DNA of 64,000 bases from a bacterium (GTDB lineage Bacteria > SAR324 > XYD2-FULL-50-16 > G965216635): assembly GCA_965216635.1 (NCBI GenBank), contig OZ244188.1, positions 928,001 through 992,000 of the forward strand, given 5' to 3'. The position numbers and the translations under genes were made by a program. The notes below the pieces were generated by a model, which saw only the letters and a list, made by a program, of their open reading frames with translations, did no database searches and was not told the DNA's origin. The first letter of the stretch is position 1, and the number at the start of each line of letters is the position of its first letter. Positions 40,979 to 50,433 of the stretch are shown here, piece by piece.

Positions 40979-41384
40979 TCACGAAGGAAATAAAGTTATC
41001 AATAGCTTGGTTGATGCTCTGTTGTTTTATATTTAATTGCTTTGTGTCTTTCTGTTTGCTATTTTGCTGGTTTGTACTTTTCTGGTTTGTACTTTTATGG
41101 CAATTATTTTTTAAGTTTTTTTTTTCTAAATAAATAATGGCGCAGCAAATTTTTAGCCTAATTAAATCAGAATGTCTCACAACTTCTCTAATTTGCCTTT
41201 TCACACGATTACGAAAAACTGCATTTCCCGATTTTTTAGATGCTCCAATTAAAATTTTTGTATTCTTGGAAGCTAAAAACCGAAAAGCCAAAGGAAAAAA
41301 AAACTTTCGCTCACCTTTTTTAAAAAGCTCTTGAATCGTTTTATATCCCTTTAAACTTATCTGTCTGGGAAATGAAAATTGCAT
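40962..41384 (-). CDS. rnpA: Ribonuclease P protein component with a short repeat insertion
   Basis: [15 protein letters not shown] (RNR motif); between rpmH and yidD. Confidence 0.88.
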   Translation of the reverse strand: MQFSFPRQISLKGYKTIQELFKKGERKFFFPLAFRFLASKNTKILIGASKKSGNAVFRNRVKRQIREVVRHSDLIRLKICCAIIYLEKKNLKNNCHKSTNQKSTNQQNSKQKDTKQLNIKQQSINQAIDNFISFVNEKHL

Positions 41385-41424
41385 ATTTTGGTAGCAATTT
41401 ACTGATTAGATGTTTTTTGAAGAA

Positions 41425-41559
41425 TCAGGCACTCAAAACTTTTCTGCCTTTCCGTCTTCTTGCGTTGATAACGTTCACTCCATTTGGACTACTCATACGC
41501 TGACGAAATCCATGTTTCATCTTTCTTCTCCTGTTATTAGGCTGAAATGTTCTCTTCAT
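41425..41559 (-). CDS. rpmH: 50S ribosomal protein L34
   Basis: Manual translation [44 protein letters not shown]; below the ORF-track cutoff. Confidence 0.96.
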   Translation of the reverse strand: MKRTFQPNNRRRKMKHGFRQRMSSPNGVNVINARRRKGRKVLSA

Positions 41560-41826
41560 TATTTCTTAATAATTTATCAAAGACTAAAAACAACATCTTA
41601 AAGTTAATTTATTTTTTTGTCAACACTAATGATACAAGTTTTATTGAAAAATGAAAAATATATAAAAAACTACTTTTTTAGTTTAGTATAAACAAACAAT
41701 AATGAAGAGAAAAATAAATAAAATTCGGGCTTATTACAAATTTTCTATAGAGACGAGAAATAGAAAGAAATTTTTAGAACTGCTTAAAAATAAATCTACA
41801 AGCCTAGAATAGATTCATATACCTTT

Positions 41827-42594
41827 ATGAATTATCAACTATACAATGAAGATTTTTTGCAAGGCGTCAAAAAAATTAAAGACAATTCCATAGATTTGAT
41901 TGTTACAGACCCTCCCTATTGTTTAGGCAAAGATTATGGAAATGATTCTGATAAAAAATCTGCTACAGAATTTTTGGATTGGACAGAGAAATGGTTACAA
42001 TTAGTAATTCCTAAACTCAAAGAAACGGGTAGTTTTTATATTTTCACATCTTGGCAATATTCTCCTGAAATTTTTAGTTTCTTAAAAAAACATCTAACAA
42101 TGCTCAATGAGATTATCTGGGATAGAAGAGTCCCTAGTATGGGAGGTTCTACAAGAAAATTTTCATCTGTTCACGATAATATTGGTTTATTTGTAAAGTC
42201 CCAAAATTATTATTTTGATTTGGATTCTGTGCGTATAGCCTACGACCCAGAAACTAAAAAAGCTAGGACTAGATCTATATTTGTCGGAAAAAAATGGTTA
42301 GAAATGGGGTATAATCCTAAAGACTTGTGGTCTATAGCTAGATTGCACCGCATTCACAAAGAAAGAAAAGAGCACCCAACTCAAAAACCATTGGAGCTAA
42401 TAGAAAGAATGATAAAAGCCAGTAGCCCCGAAGAAAGCCTTGTTTTGGATCCATTTGCAGGGTCTGGAACGACAGTAGAGGCTTGTTTGAAAAACAACCG
42501 CTCTTGCATAGCCTTTGAAATAAATCCTGATTATTGCAAAATTATAGAGCAAAGAGTTTCAAAAATTCAAATCCAAGAAAAATTATTTGCTTGA
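41827..42594 (+). CDS. Orphan beta-class N6-adenine/N4-cytosine DNA methyltransferase
   Basis: DPPY precedes HPTQKP and DPFAGSGT; no adjacent endonuclease. Confidence 0.9.
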   Translation: MNYQLYNEDFLQGVKKIKDNSIDLIVTDPPYCLGKDYGNDSDKKSATEFLDWTEKWLQLVIPKLKETGSFYIFTSWQYSPEIFSFLKKHLTMLNEIIWDRRVPSMGGSTRKFSSVHDNIGLFVKSQNYYFDLDSVRIAYDPETKKARTRSIFVGKKWLEMGYNPKDLWSIARLHRIHKERKEHPTQKPLELIERMIKASSPEESLVLDPFAGSGTTVEACLKNNRSCIAFEINPDYCKIIEQRVSKIQIQEKLFA

Positions 42595-42692
42595 AAATTG
42601 TGGGAAATTTTAATCTGTCTTGGTTTAAAAAATTTGTTTTGACAATCTAGTATAGATTAGGTTAATGTTGCCTCTTAATAAAACTAATCTAA

Positions 42693-43017
42693 TAGAATTT
42701 TGAATTTGCCAAATAGGACAAAACTAACTGTTTAGCCAAAACAAGCTTATTGCTTTTACGCCAATACAAGCTTTAGCAAAAGAGCCGAATGGTCATACCA
42801 GTGGCTCTTTTGCAGTCTATATTGTGTTAGCTTTAAGTTTTGTAATGCCCTGATCCCATTATTGTGGCACTACGCCATTGAAAAAAAATTTTAACTCTTG
42901 CCATTTGTGAAGAAATGCTCTTCAGTATTCCAGCGAGCTAAAAATTTTTTTCGCACCTGTTCTAACTATTTGGCTAGCCCCAATAGTTAAATAAGTATAC
43001 CGCAAATTCAAAGGCTA
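42693..43017. mobile_element. Palindromic MITE-like repeat with a 114 bp unique internal cargo (42756-42869)
   Basis: tagaattttgaatttg ... caaattcaaaggcta; cargo between caagcttattgctt and ctacgccatt. Confidence 0.88.
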
Positions 43018-43028
43018 TCTAATTTATA

Positions 43029-44612
43029 ATGATAAAAACTTCTAAAATATTTTTGGGTATTAAATTACTAATACTTTCTTTGTCAGTTGGACTTGTTGTT
43101 TCTTGTAGTTTTGAAAATGTGCGTCGCCTTCCAAAGACAGAAAAATTCATCCCTTTTGAAGAAATCATAGTCAATGCTCCCGAACTTACTTGGGATCAAA
43201 AGGTTCATCCTTTTATAGGGGCTACTCCTATTGATATTAATGGAGATGGAATAATGGAAATTTTTGTTGGGGGAGGTAACGGACAAAAAGATGTGCTGCT
43301 TTCTTACAAAAAAAACGAGTTAGTCAATATCATTGAAGGCACTCAATTATCCGATACACAGGCAACACACGGGGTGAATTCTATAGATTTAGACAACGAC
43401 GGTGATACAGATTTATTGATAGTGCGTAATAATGGTGTTTTCTTATATCTCAATGACAATGGAGTCTTTTCAAAAAAACAAATTCCATTGATAAACGCTC
43501 CTAGTAATTCTACTCCGTTTAATGTCGCAGTGGGTGATATAGATAAAGATGGGGACGGCGATTTATATATTAGTTTTTTTGTTGATTTTAAGAATTTTAA
43601 ATCAGCTACTTACAATGTTTCAGAACACGCTAAAACTAACCTACTATTGTTAAACAATGGTGATTTAACCTTTTCTGACATCACCAAATATTCAAAAACT
43701 GCATCTTTACAAAATACTTTTTTATCAAGTTTTATAGATTTAGACGGTGATGGTTGGTTGGATTTAGTGGTATCACAAAATACGGGGCAGGTAGAAATAT
43801 TTCGCAATTTACGCAATAATACCTTTGATTCCGTAGGAGTAAAAACTGGCTGGGGTTTTTGGATGGGTTTGGCAGCTGGCGATATAGATAAAGACGGAGA
43901 TCAGGATTTGTTTTTTACTAATTCAGGTAATTCTGTGCCAAATTTTTTATTGGAATGGGTGGGAGATGGTAGAGATGATCAGCCTCGCAATTACGGATGG
44001 ATATTATTGCGTAATGATGGAAATTTTGATTTCCAAAATATTACCAGTGAGTATGAATTGGACGATTATGGATTCGCTTGGGGGGCAGTTTTTGAAGACT
44101 TAACTCTCAACGGAGAATTAGAATTATTGGTAGCTCAAAATTATATTAAGTGGCCTCTCCATAAGTTGAGTAAACTATCAAGTAAATCTTTTGTATTATC
44201 AGAAAAAACTTTTTATCACGTTCGTGGACTAGGTTTAGAAAATTATAATTTCGCACAATCCCCTCTGATAGTGGATATCAACAATGATGGTAAGCCTGAT
44301 GTTTTTTGGTTGAATATGAAAGGAGAGCAATATGCGTTTATTAACCGCACTGAAAATAATTTTTTAACTTTAGTATTTCCAGATACTGTCTCGTCTATTG
44401 GTGCTAAGGCATACATCACGACTGTTGAAGGCAAGAGTTATGTACGAGAGGTGCATAATAATACAGGCTTTTCCACCGACCAATTGTCTGCACTGACTTT
44501 TGGTTTGGGTAAAAAAACGAAAGTAAACCAAGTTGTGATTGAGTGGCAAGATGGGACAAAAAAAACAATCAATAACCCTTCCATTAACAAGGTTATTTAC
44601 ATAAATCGCTAG
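43029..44612 (+). CDS. CRTAC1-like FG-GAP/VCBS repeat lipoprotein with an ASPIC/UnbV domain
   Basis: Multiple DxDxDGxxD loops; C-terminal LTFGLG..IEW; lipobox VVSC. Confidence 0.85.
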   Translation: MIKTSKIFLGIKLLILSLSVGLVVSCSFENVRRLPKTEKFIPFEEIIVNAPELTWDQKVHPFIGATPIDINGDGIMEIFVGGGNGQKDVLLSYKKNELVNIIEGTQLSDTQATHGVNSIDLDNDGDTDLLIVRNNGVFLYLNDNGVFSKKQIPLINAPSNSTPFNVAVGDIDKDGDGDLYISFFVDFKNFKSATYNVSEHAKTNLLLLNNGDLTFSDITKYSKTASLQNTFLSSFIDLDGDGWLDLVVSQNTGQVEIFRNLRNNTFDSVGVKTGWGFWMGLAAGDIDKDGDQDLFFTNSGNSVPNFLLEWVGDGRDDQPRNYGWILLRNDGNFDFQNITSEYELDDYGFAWGAVFEDLTLNGELELLVAQNYIKWPLHKLSKLSSKSFVLSEKTFYHVRGLGLENYNFAQSPLIVDINNDGKPDVFWLNMKGEQYAFINRTENNFLTLVFPDTVSSIGAKAYITTVEGKSYVREVHNNTGFSTDQLSALTFGLGKKTKVNQVVIEWQDGTKKTINNPSINKVIYINR

Positions 44613-45171
44613 CTTCTCCAGACGGACAATTCCATAAAAACAGACGAAGTAGTAACCAATAATAAGCCAACGAACTCTTGGCGATACTATCTCCATAGAT
44701 AAAGACATAGTTTGCTCTGTGTGTTCGGATACTCACAATTTTTCCGTTTTGCACTTGGTAGGTAACCTTACCAATATCAGATACAGCCTTTTTTTCATTG
44801 ATTAAACCATGCCATCTTGCGTATATGGTTATGCTGTCCTTTTGGATTTTTGTTTCTTCTATTTTCACAGTAAGTTCCGCTATTTTTTTATCAGCGTTGT
44901 AGTGTAGAAATTGAACCCACTTATACCATATTTTTTTTCCGTTTCCTGCTTCCTTACCATCCATATAGGTGGTCAGATTTTCATCCAATAAAATTTCTGC
45001 TTCTTGCAACGGTAATTCTCTAGAGAGAACTCGCAACAAACGATGCACAATTGCTAGTGAAGAGTTGGGGTTTGAATTTTCAATAATTTTTTCAGTAGTA
45101 AGTTTTTTAGCGACGCTCGTAGATTGTAGATTAAAAGTAAATAGTAAAAAAAAAATCAGTATAAATTTCAT
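44593..45171 (-). CDS. Secreted SnoaL/NTF2-like hypothetical protein
   Basis: Signal peptide; beta-rich with a YQVQNGKIV motif. Confidence 0.5.
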   Translation of the reverse strand: MKFILIFFLLFTFNLQSTSVAKKLTTEKIIENSNPNSSLAIVHRLLRVLSRELPLQEAEILLDENLTTYMDGKEAGNGKKIWYKWVQFLHYNADKKIAELTVKIEETKIQKDSITIYARWHGLINEKKAVSDIGKVTYQVQNGKIVSIRTHRANYVFIYGDSIAKSSLAYYWLLLRLFLWNCPSGEASDLCK

Positions 45172-45173
45172 AG

Positions 45174-45872
45174 CTAAACTATAGTTTTAGGATTAAAAGG
45201 GCAAAAATAAGAGATAGAACATTGATAACAAAGAGGTTTTCTGGCTTTACATGTATATCTTCCGTGTAAAATTAACCAATGGTGAGCTTTTGTTTTTGCC
45301 CATTCTGGAACTACTTTTAAAAGCTCTTTTTCTGTTTTTTCTGGGGTTTTTGTTTGCACTAAACCTAATCTATTAGAAACCCGAAAAACATGCGTATCTA
45401 CAGGAATAGTAGCTACTGAATGAGCTACATTCAAAACTACTGCTGCTGTTTTGACTCCCACACCCGGTAATTTTTCTAATTCTTCTCTTGTTTTTGGAAT
45501 TTTTCCTTTGTAGTCCTTCGTTAAAATTTGACAGGTTTTGTAGATGTTTTTTGCTTTTGTGTTGTAAAGTCCTATAGTTTGAATGAGATTTTTGATTTTT
45601 GCAATACCGAGTTTTTGCATAGCATCTGGATGAGGTGCTGCTTGAAATAGCAAAGGAGTAGCTTTATTGACAGAAACATCAGTTGTGTGTGCGCTAAGCA
45701 TAACTGCAATTAAAAGCTCAAAATGGTTGCGGTAGTTTAGTTCTGTTGTCGGGTTTGGATTTTGTTTAAAAAAAGATTGAAAAATTTTTTCTACTTTTGT
45801 ATTGGCTGTTTTTATTGGTTTTATTTCCTCGTTTTTTTTAGCTGTTTTGTTTTTGATGGTTTTTTTTTGCAT
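45174..45872 (-). CDS. nth: Endonuclease III; likely start 45872
   Basis: LPGVGVKTA HhH, VDTHVFR, C-x6-C-x2-C-x5-C. The ORF-track N-terminal extension runs into the MITE. Confidence 0.94.
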   Translation of the reverse strand: MQKKTIKNKTAKKNEEIKPIKTANTKVEKIFQSFFKQNPNPTTELNYRNHFELLIAVMLSAHTTDVSVNKATPLLFQAAPHPDAMQKLGIAKIKNLIQTIGLYNTKAKNIYKTCQILTKDYKGKIPKTREELEKLPGVGVKTAAVVLNVAHSVATIPVDTHVFRVSNRLGLVQTKTPEKTEKELLKVVPEWAKTKAHHWLILHGRYTCKARKPLCYQCSISYFCPFNPKTIV

Positions 45873-45918
45873 TAAGTGGTTTGTGATAGACAAGCATCTA
45901 AAATACTTGTCGCTTTTA

Positions 45919-46074
45919 TAGACTTTTGAATTTGCATTCTGTTTAGCCAAAGCAGCGTTGAAAAAAAAATTTAACTCTTGCCTTTTGTGAAGAAATGCTG
46001 CTCCAAGTATTCCTGCGAGCTAATTTTTTTTTTCGCCTTGCCTAGCCGTCACATAACGCAAATTCAAAGGTCTA
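45919..46074. mobile_element. Palindromic MITE-like repeat at the left border of the defence island
   Basis: tagacttttgaatttg ... caaattcaaaggtcta. Confidence 0.88.
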
Positions 46075-46253
46075 TTTTATAAGCAGTTTTTCTGGAGCTT
46101 CTTCAATAAATTGAATATTATGAGTCTTATAGTCAATAGATTTGATTTGCTCTACCATTACAAAACCTGCGACAGAACATGTTTTGGGAATTGGAATATG
46201 AAAAGGAATATTACGGTTTGTATTGGTTATTGGGCATAAAATCACTAACTTTG
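46072..46253 (-). pseudogene. MazF/PemK toxin C-terminal remnant
   Basis: LVILCPITN..PFHI...GFVMVEQIKSIDY; N-terminal half missing; stop supplied by the MITE end. Confidence 0.75.
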
Positions 46254-46991
46254 TTAATTGATTATAGGATAATTTTGCCAAATTTTACCGTCTAGCTTTC
46301 CTCCATTCGCTTTTTTACTTCTCTTTTTGTTATCCTCTCCCCAAGTTCCCCATTGCTTAAAGAAAAAAGCTACTTTTTGTTTTTCGCACTGTTCTTTGAT
46401 ATTTATCACCCATTCTTTTTTCATAGGTCGTGCTTTAGCTCCAGATTCTCCACCTACAATAGCCCAGTGAATACCGTTAAAATCTACTTCCCCTAAATCT
46501 TCTAGCAAAGGCTCAATAGACAAAAACCTGATTTCTGCATCTATTTTTTTTAATACTTCTATACGAGGCAAGCCTTGTTTTATGTTTTCTACTGTTACTC
46601 CAAGCCAAATATTTTTTGGTAATTTTTTATTTTGACAATACTCATGCATTCTCTCTTGTCTTTTTGTCAAAATCTGATATTTATGTTGCGGCGTTTTTTC
46701 TATCACTTCCATAATTTTATCCAAATAACCAAAAGAGATTTTTTTGTGAAAAAGATCACTCATAGAATTCACAAAGTAGGTGGTTGGTGTTTTTCTATGT
46801 AACGGTTGTTCTAATCTGTCAGGCATCAAGGTCAACCTAAACCCATTCTCGTAGCCTTTTGTTCCTATAGCTTGCAAACGATTTGCCATAGTCTCAGCGT
46901 AGCAATGCTTACAGCCTGCACTCACTTTAGTGCAACCAACCGCTGGATTCCAAGAATGCTCTGTCCACTCTATCTGTGATTTGCTACTCAT
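46254..46991 (-). CDS. DUF5131 / phage Gp37-Gp68 family protein (three-Cys motif)
   Basis: IEWTEHSWNP..GCTKVSAGCKHCYA, NSMSDLFH, GGESG, FFKQWG. Confidence 0.92.
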   Translation of the reverse strand: MSSKSQIEWTEHSWNPAVGCTKVSAGCKHCYAETMANRLQAIGTKGYENGFRLTLMPDRLEQPLHRKTPTTYFVNSMSDLFHKKISFGYLDKIMEVIEKTPQHKYQILTKRQERMHEYCQNKKLPKNIWLGVTVENIKQGLPRIEVLKKIDAEIRFLSIEPLLEDLGEVDFNGIHWAIVGGESGAKARPMKKEWVINIKEQCEKQKVAFFFKQWGTWGEDNKKRSKKANGGKLDGKIWQNYPIIN

Positions 46992-47000
46992 TTTTTAATT

Positions 47001-47909
47001 TTATTTGGACATAACGCTTTCCGCTATTTTCACAGCAATTGTTGCTCCTTTTGGATTTCCTGCTGCAAAACACAATAAAAAAATAGGATTATTTTTTGAA
47101 TTATACAAAAGAAGCGGTTCTTTGACTACCCCAGCAAAAATACCATTCAATCTTTGAATGTAATATTTTGCTATTTTAGTAAAGTCTGCTATTTTTTTAG
47201 TTTCTTGATTATATTCTTTAAATAAACTTGGTTTGCTTTCAGTTTCATAAAATTCATTAGACCATTCGTTTGTTCCAAATGTTTTATCCAAGACATTAGA
47301 CCAACTTAGAGGAATTTGTCCTCGTTCTTTCATTAACATACGCATACTACCTCCAAGTGAAAAAAGAACCCACAAATCTATTGCTTGTGTTTTGGCAATT
47401 GCTTCTACAGTTTCCCATTCTACATCCATTCCAAAAGGATCCAAAAAAACAACTGCACGATGTTTTTCCCATTTTTTTTCATTACATAGGTCTTGCAAAG
47501 TTTTATTTGCTTCTTCGTTTTTAATGGTTACTTTTTCTTTTAAATGAGGAAACTCATTATCTACCATTTTTTCTAATTCTAATGTTTTTTTTTTATCTTG
47601 CTCTATAAAAATATATTTATCAAATAGAGGATCAGTTTCTAATGCTATTTTAACAGAACCTTTGAGATATTCTTTTGCGTCTCTATCTTCTGTTAATTCA
47701 AACAATCTATGTTGATTTTTAAGAAAATTTTGTTTTTTTATATTTAAATTACCAGTGCCAGCAAATGCGTCAATATAGCCTAATTTGAAAGGTTGGTTTT
47801 TTAAAGCAGTGGTATAAGCTGATAAGTATTTTTTTAATACTTCTAATTTTTTAAAAGTCCAATCTCCTCCAAAATATTCTTGAGGTGGCTCTTTAATTAT
47901 ATTATTCAT
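47001..47909 (-). CDS. tcmP: Three-Cys-motif partner protein TcmP (SAM-dependent methyltransferase-like)
   Basis: FGGDWT..KL..L..YL, YIDAFAGTG, FLDPFG; adjacent to DUF5131. Confidence 0.85.
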   Translation of the reverse strand: MNNIIKEPPQEYFGGDWTFKKLEVLKKYLSAYTTALKNQPFKLGYIDAFAGTGNLNIKKQNFLKNQHRLFELTEDRDAKEYLKGSVKIALETDPLFDKYIFIEQDKKKTLELEKMVDNEFPHLKEKVTIKNEEANKTLQDLCNEKKWEKHRAVVFLDPFGMDVEWETVEAIAKTQAIDLWVLFSLGGSMRMLMKERGQIPLSWSNVLDKTFGTNEWSNEFYETESKPSLFKEYNQETKKIADFTKIAKYYIQRLNGIFAGVVKEPLLLYNSKNNPIFLLCFAAGNPKGATIAVKIAESVMSK

Positions 47910-47911
47910 TT

Positions 47912-49918
47912 TTAAATGGTGTTTTTTTCTGTGAGGATGATTTCATCGCCAGCGATGTTGCGGATTTTTATTTTAAATTTATTTGTGTTTAGCAAGTATT
48001 CTGTTTTTATTTTTTCTTTGGGTGTGGCTTTTTCTTCTAGTTTGAGATTGCTTTGCCAGTGCTCGCCGAGGCTGGTATCTATTTGCACTGCTTCAATCAA
48101 TTCTAAACCTGTGCTACTTAAAGAAACTGGGTTATCTCTCAGACTTTTTAAGTTGTATTCGTCCAGTTTATTTTTGAGATAGGGGCTAGAGTATCGCTGG
48201 ATTTCTAGCAGATATTCGTTTCCCTTTTGGGAGAGTTCCAAAGTGGCGTTATCTTTTGTAAAAAAAGAATCTTTTTTTTCTGCAAGCAACTCATCTAGGG
48301 CAAGTAGTTTTATTTTTATTTCGCTTCTTTCAGCGGCTTTTTTGGTAATGTGATTTTGGTTAATCTCTAAATCTTTATGACTGTAGAGTAAAATCACTTC
48401 GTTTGCTTGGTCGTTATCTTCTAAAATAGTGATTTCTTCCAAAAGCAGATCTAAAATTCCCACGGTCAGTCTTTCTTGAATACCAATGAATTTTATGGGT
48501 TTGTAACTATTGCCATCTAAAACTAAACCTCCATCCCAAAATTCGCTTAAATCTAATTTTTGACGGGTTTTAAAACCTTCTAAGAGACTAAAAACTTTTT
48601 CTTTGGTTTGTATTGGGTTGCGAAATAGTTGCACTCCGTCTTGAATTTTAAGAATGTCAAAATCAGATTTGCTTTTTTGAACGAGACGGTCTCTGGTAGT
48701 CTGTAATGCGTTTAGCCCTACATCGCAGGCTATAAATTTGCGGTTTAAGTCGTTGGCTACTTTGGCTGTAGTGCCACTACCAGAAAAAAAATCAGCAACT
48801 AGCATTCCCTCGTCTGACGACGCCTTGATAATCCTCTCTAGCAGTTTTTCTGGTTTTTGGGTGGGGTAGTTTGTTTTTTCTTTTGTATTAGCAGTTAACC
48901 CTAGTGATTGTATATCTGTCCATACATCTTGAATTTTATTTTTTTTATAAAAATAATCACCTTGTTTTTTTACAAAATATTTAATTCTAACATTCCCATT
49001 TTTTGTTTTTTCAATACGCCCTTCATTTTCTAGTTTTGAAATATTTTTTTCTGAATAATCTCCTTTTGGTAAAGTATAAAAAAATCTTCCTTTTGAATCT
49101 TGTTTAAATCTTTTTTCACCTTCATTTTTAGTTATTTTTTCCTCATAATAAAGTTCTTTTATAAATAGACTATCTACACTTTTTGCATATCTAAATATAG
49201 TTTCGTGTTTTTGAGAGAATTTATAAGGACTAGGAGAGCCTGGTCCATCGTATTTCCATATTACTTCATTCACAAAATTTTCCTCGCCAAAAACTTCGTC
49301 CAGCATCACCTTGACATAGTGACCTATGTGCCAGTCCAAATGAACATAGATGCTAGCCGTTTCGCTCATCACTTCACGGATAGCGAGTAGCCTTTCGTAA
49401 AGCCAGTTTAGATAATCTTCCTTTTGCCAAATATCACCGTATAGAATTTCTTCACCAATAGAATTTTCCTTTTCTAAAGCAGTTTCTCCTCCGTTTCTGA
49501 GATAAATCTTTTTCGCATAATCCGCTCCGCTCGCAAAAGGCGGGTCAATATAGACTAGATCAATTTTTATATTTTTGGATTTGAGATAGGCACAGCTTGA
49601 GAGACAATCCCCTTGAATAAGCATATTTTGAAAATCACTATTATTTTGTGCGTTTTGATTGGTTTGGTTTTTTACTTGTCCTTCTTTTACTAGTAATCCT
49701 TGTTTTTCTAGTTGGTATGCTTTTTCTAGGCTCTCTTCTTTTACTGGTAGGTTTTGTTTATCTAGTGTTAGTTTTTGTTTTTCAGTAGCCCGCACTTCCT
49801 CTACTTTCTCCACTTCAAAAAGCTCCATCTTGGCAGCTGGGAAAAGCCTACCTTGAAAATTGAGTAAAGCTTGCCCTCTCGCTGGCTGCAACTCATAAAA
49901 TCTTTTCTTGCTACTCAT
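47912..49918 (-). CDS. Type III-like restriction-modification Mod subunit (beta-class DNA methyltransferase)
   Basis: DLVYIDPPF, YPTQKPE, DFFSGSGTT; long C-terminal extension. Confidence 0.88.
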   Translation of the reverse strand: MSSKKRFYELQPARGQALLNFQGRLFPAAKMELFEVEKVEEVRATEKQKLTLDKQNLPVKEESLEKAYQLEKQGLLVKEGQVKNQTNQNAQNNSDFQNMLIQGDCLSSCAYLKSKNIKIDLVYIDPPFASGADYAKKIYLRNGGETALEKENSIGEEILYGDIWQKEDYLNWLYERLLAIREVMSETASIYVHLDWHIGHYVKVMLDEVFGEENFVNEVIWKYDGPGSPSPYKFSQKHETIFRYAKSVDSLFIKELYYEEKITKNEGEKRFKQDSKGRFFYTLPKGDYSEKNISKLENEGRIEKTKNGNVRIKYFVKKQGDYFYKKNKIQDVWTDIQSLGLTANTKEKTNYPTQKPEKLLERIIKASSDEGMLVADFFSGSGTTAKVANDLNRKFIACDVGLNALQTTRDRLVQKSKSDFDILKIQDGVQLFRNPIQTKEKVFSLLEGFKTRQKLDLSEFWDGGLVLDGNSYKPIKFIGIQERLTVGILDLLLEEITILEDNDQANEVILLYSHKDLEINQNHITKKAAERSEIKIKLLALDELLAEKKDSFFTKDNATLELSQKGNEYLLEIQRYSSPYLKNKLDEYNLKSLRDNPVSLSSTGLELIEAVQIDTSLGEHWQSNLKLEEKATPKEKIKTEYLLNTNKFKIKIRNIAGDEIILTEKNTI

Positions 49919-49935
49919 TTGTTATTCTTCTGTAA

Positions 49936-50433
49936 TTAAAAAACAATTTTTTCTCTTTCCCAAAATTCTTTGAGATGAATACATTCTACTCCTTCTAATT
50001 CACAAACATTCGGCATTTTAGGATTCTTAATGCCGCTTTGTAATATTTTATTTGTTTGGTTTTCTGTTTTTTTTTCAATGGTTACCAATATTAAATTTTC
50101 TTTTTTGGCAGTAGCGATAATAAAGGCATCGTTTTTCTTTTTGGCTTTTTGATAATATTTATTAATTATAGTATCGGATTCTGCAACAGGAACTTGTGTA
50201 AATAATTTTTCTTCTATAGCTTGTTGAAACCAAGCAAATAAATCATCGTCTTGACGACTCAATTCTTCTACGACAACATCATTAAAATATATTTCAGGGT
50301 GATTAAAATATATTTCTGGGTATTCTTTACGAAAAAATTTCCAAACTTTAGGAAAATTTTCTTTAGAATATAGTATATTCAAACCTTCTATCCAAAAGCT
50401 TGTATCAAAGAAATATTTATGCTCTGTATTCAT
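49936..50433 (-). CDS. DUF4411-like PIN domain protein
   Basis: YFFDTS..I, EEL, DAFIIATA..LVTIE, KMPNVC. Confidence 0.8.
   Translation of the reverse strand: MNTEHKYFFDTSFWIEGLNILYSKENFPKVWKFFRKEYPEIYFNHPEIYFNDVVVEELSRQDDDLFAWFQQAIEEKLFTQVPVAESDTIINKYYQKAKKKNDAFIIATAKKENLILVTIEKKTENQTNKILQSGIKNPKMPNVCELEGVECIHLKEFWEREKIVF

Noticed and set aside
41410..41601. 63 aa plus-strand ORF
   Set aside because: Antisense to rpmH.
41560..41826. Possible oriC upstream of rpmH
   Set aside because: No dnaA and no TTATCCACA-like box cluster seen.
45873..45950. N-terminal extension of nth in the ORF track
   Set aside because: It begins inside the MITE; the downstream ATG at 45872 is more plausible.
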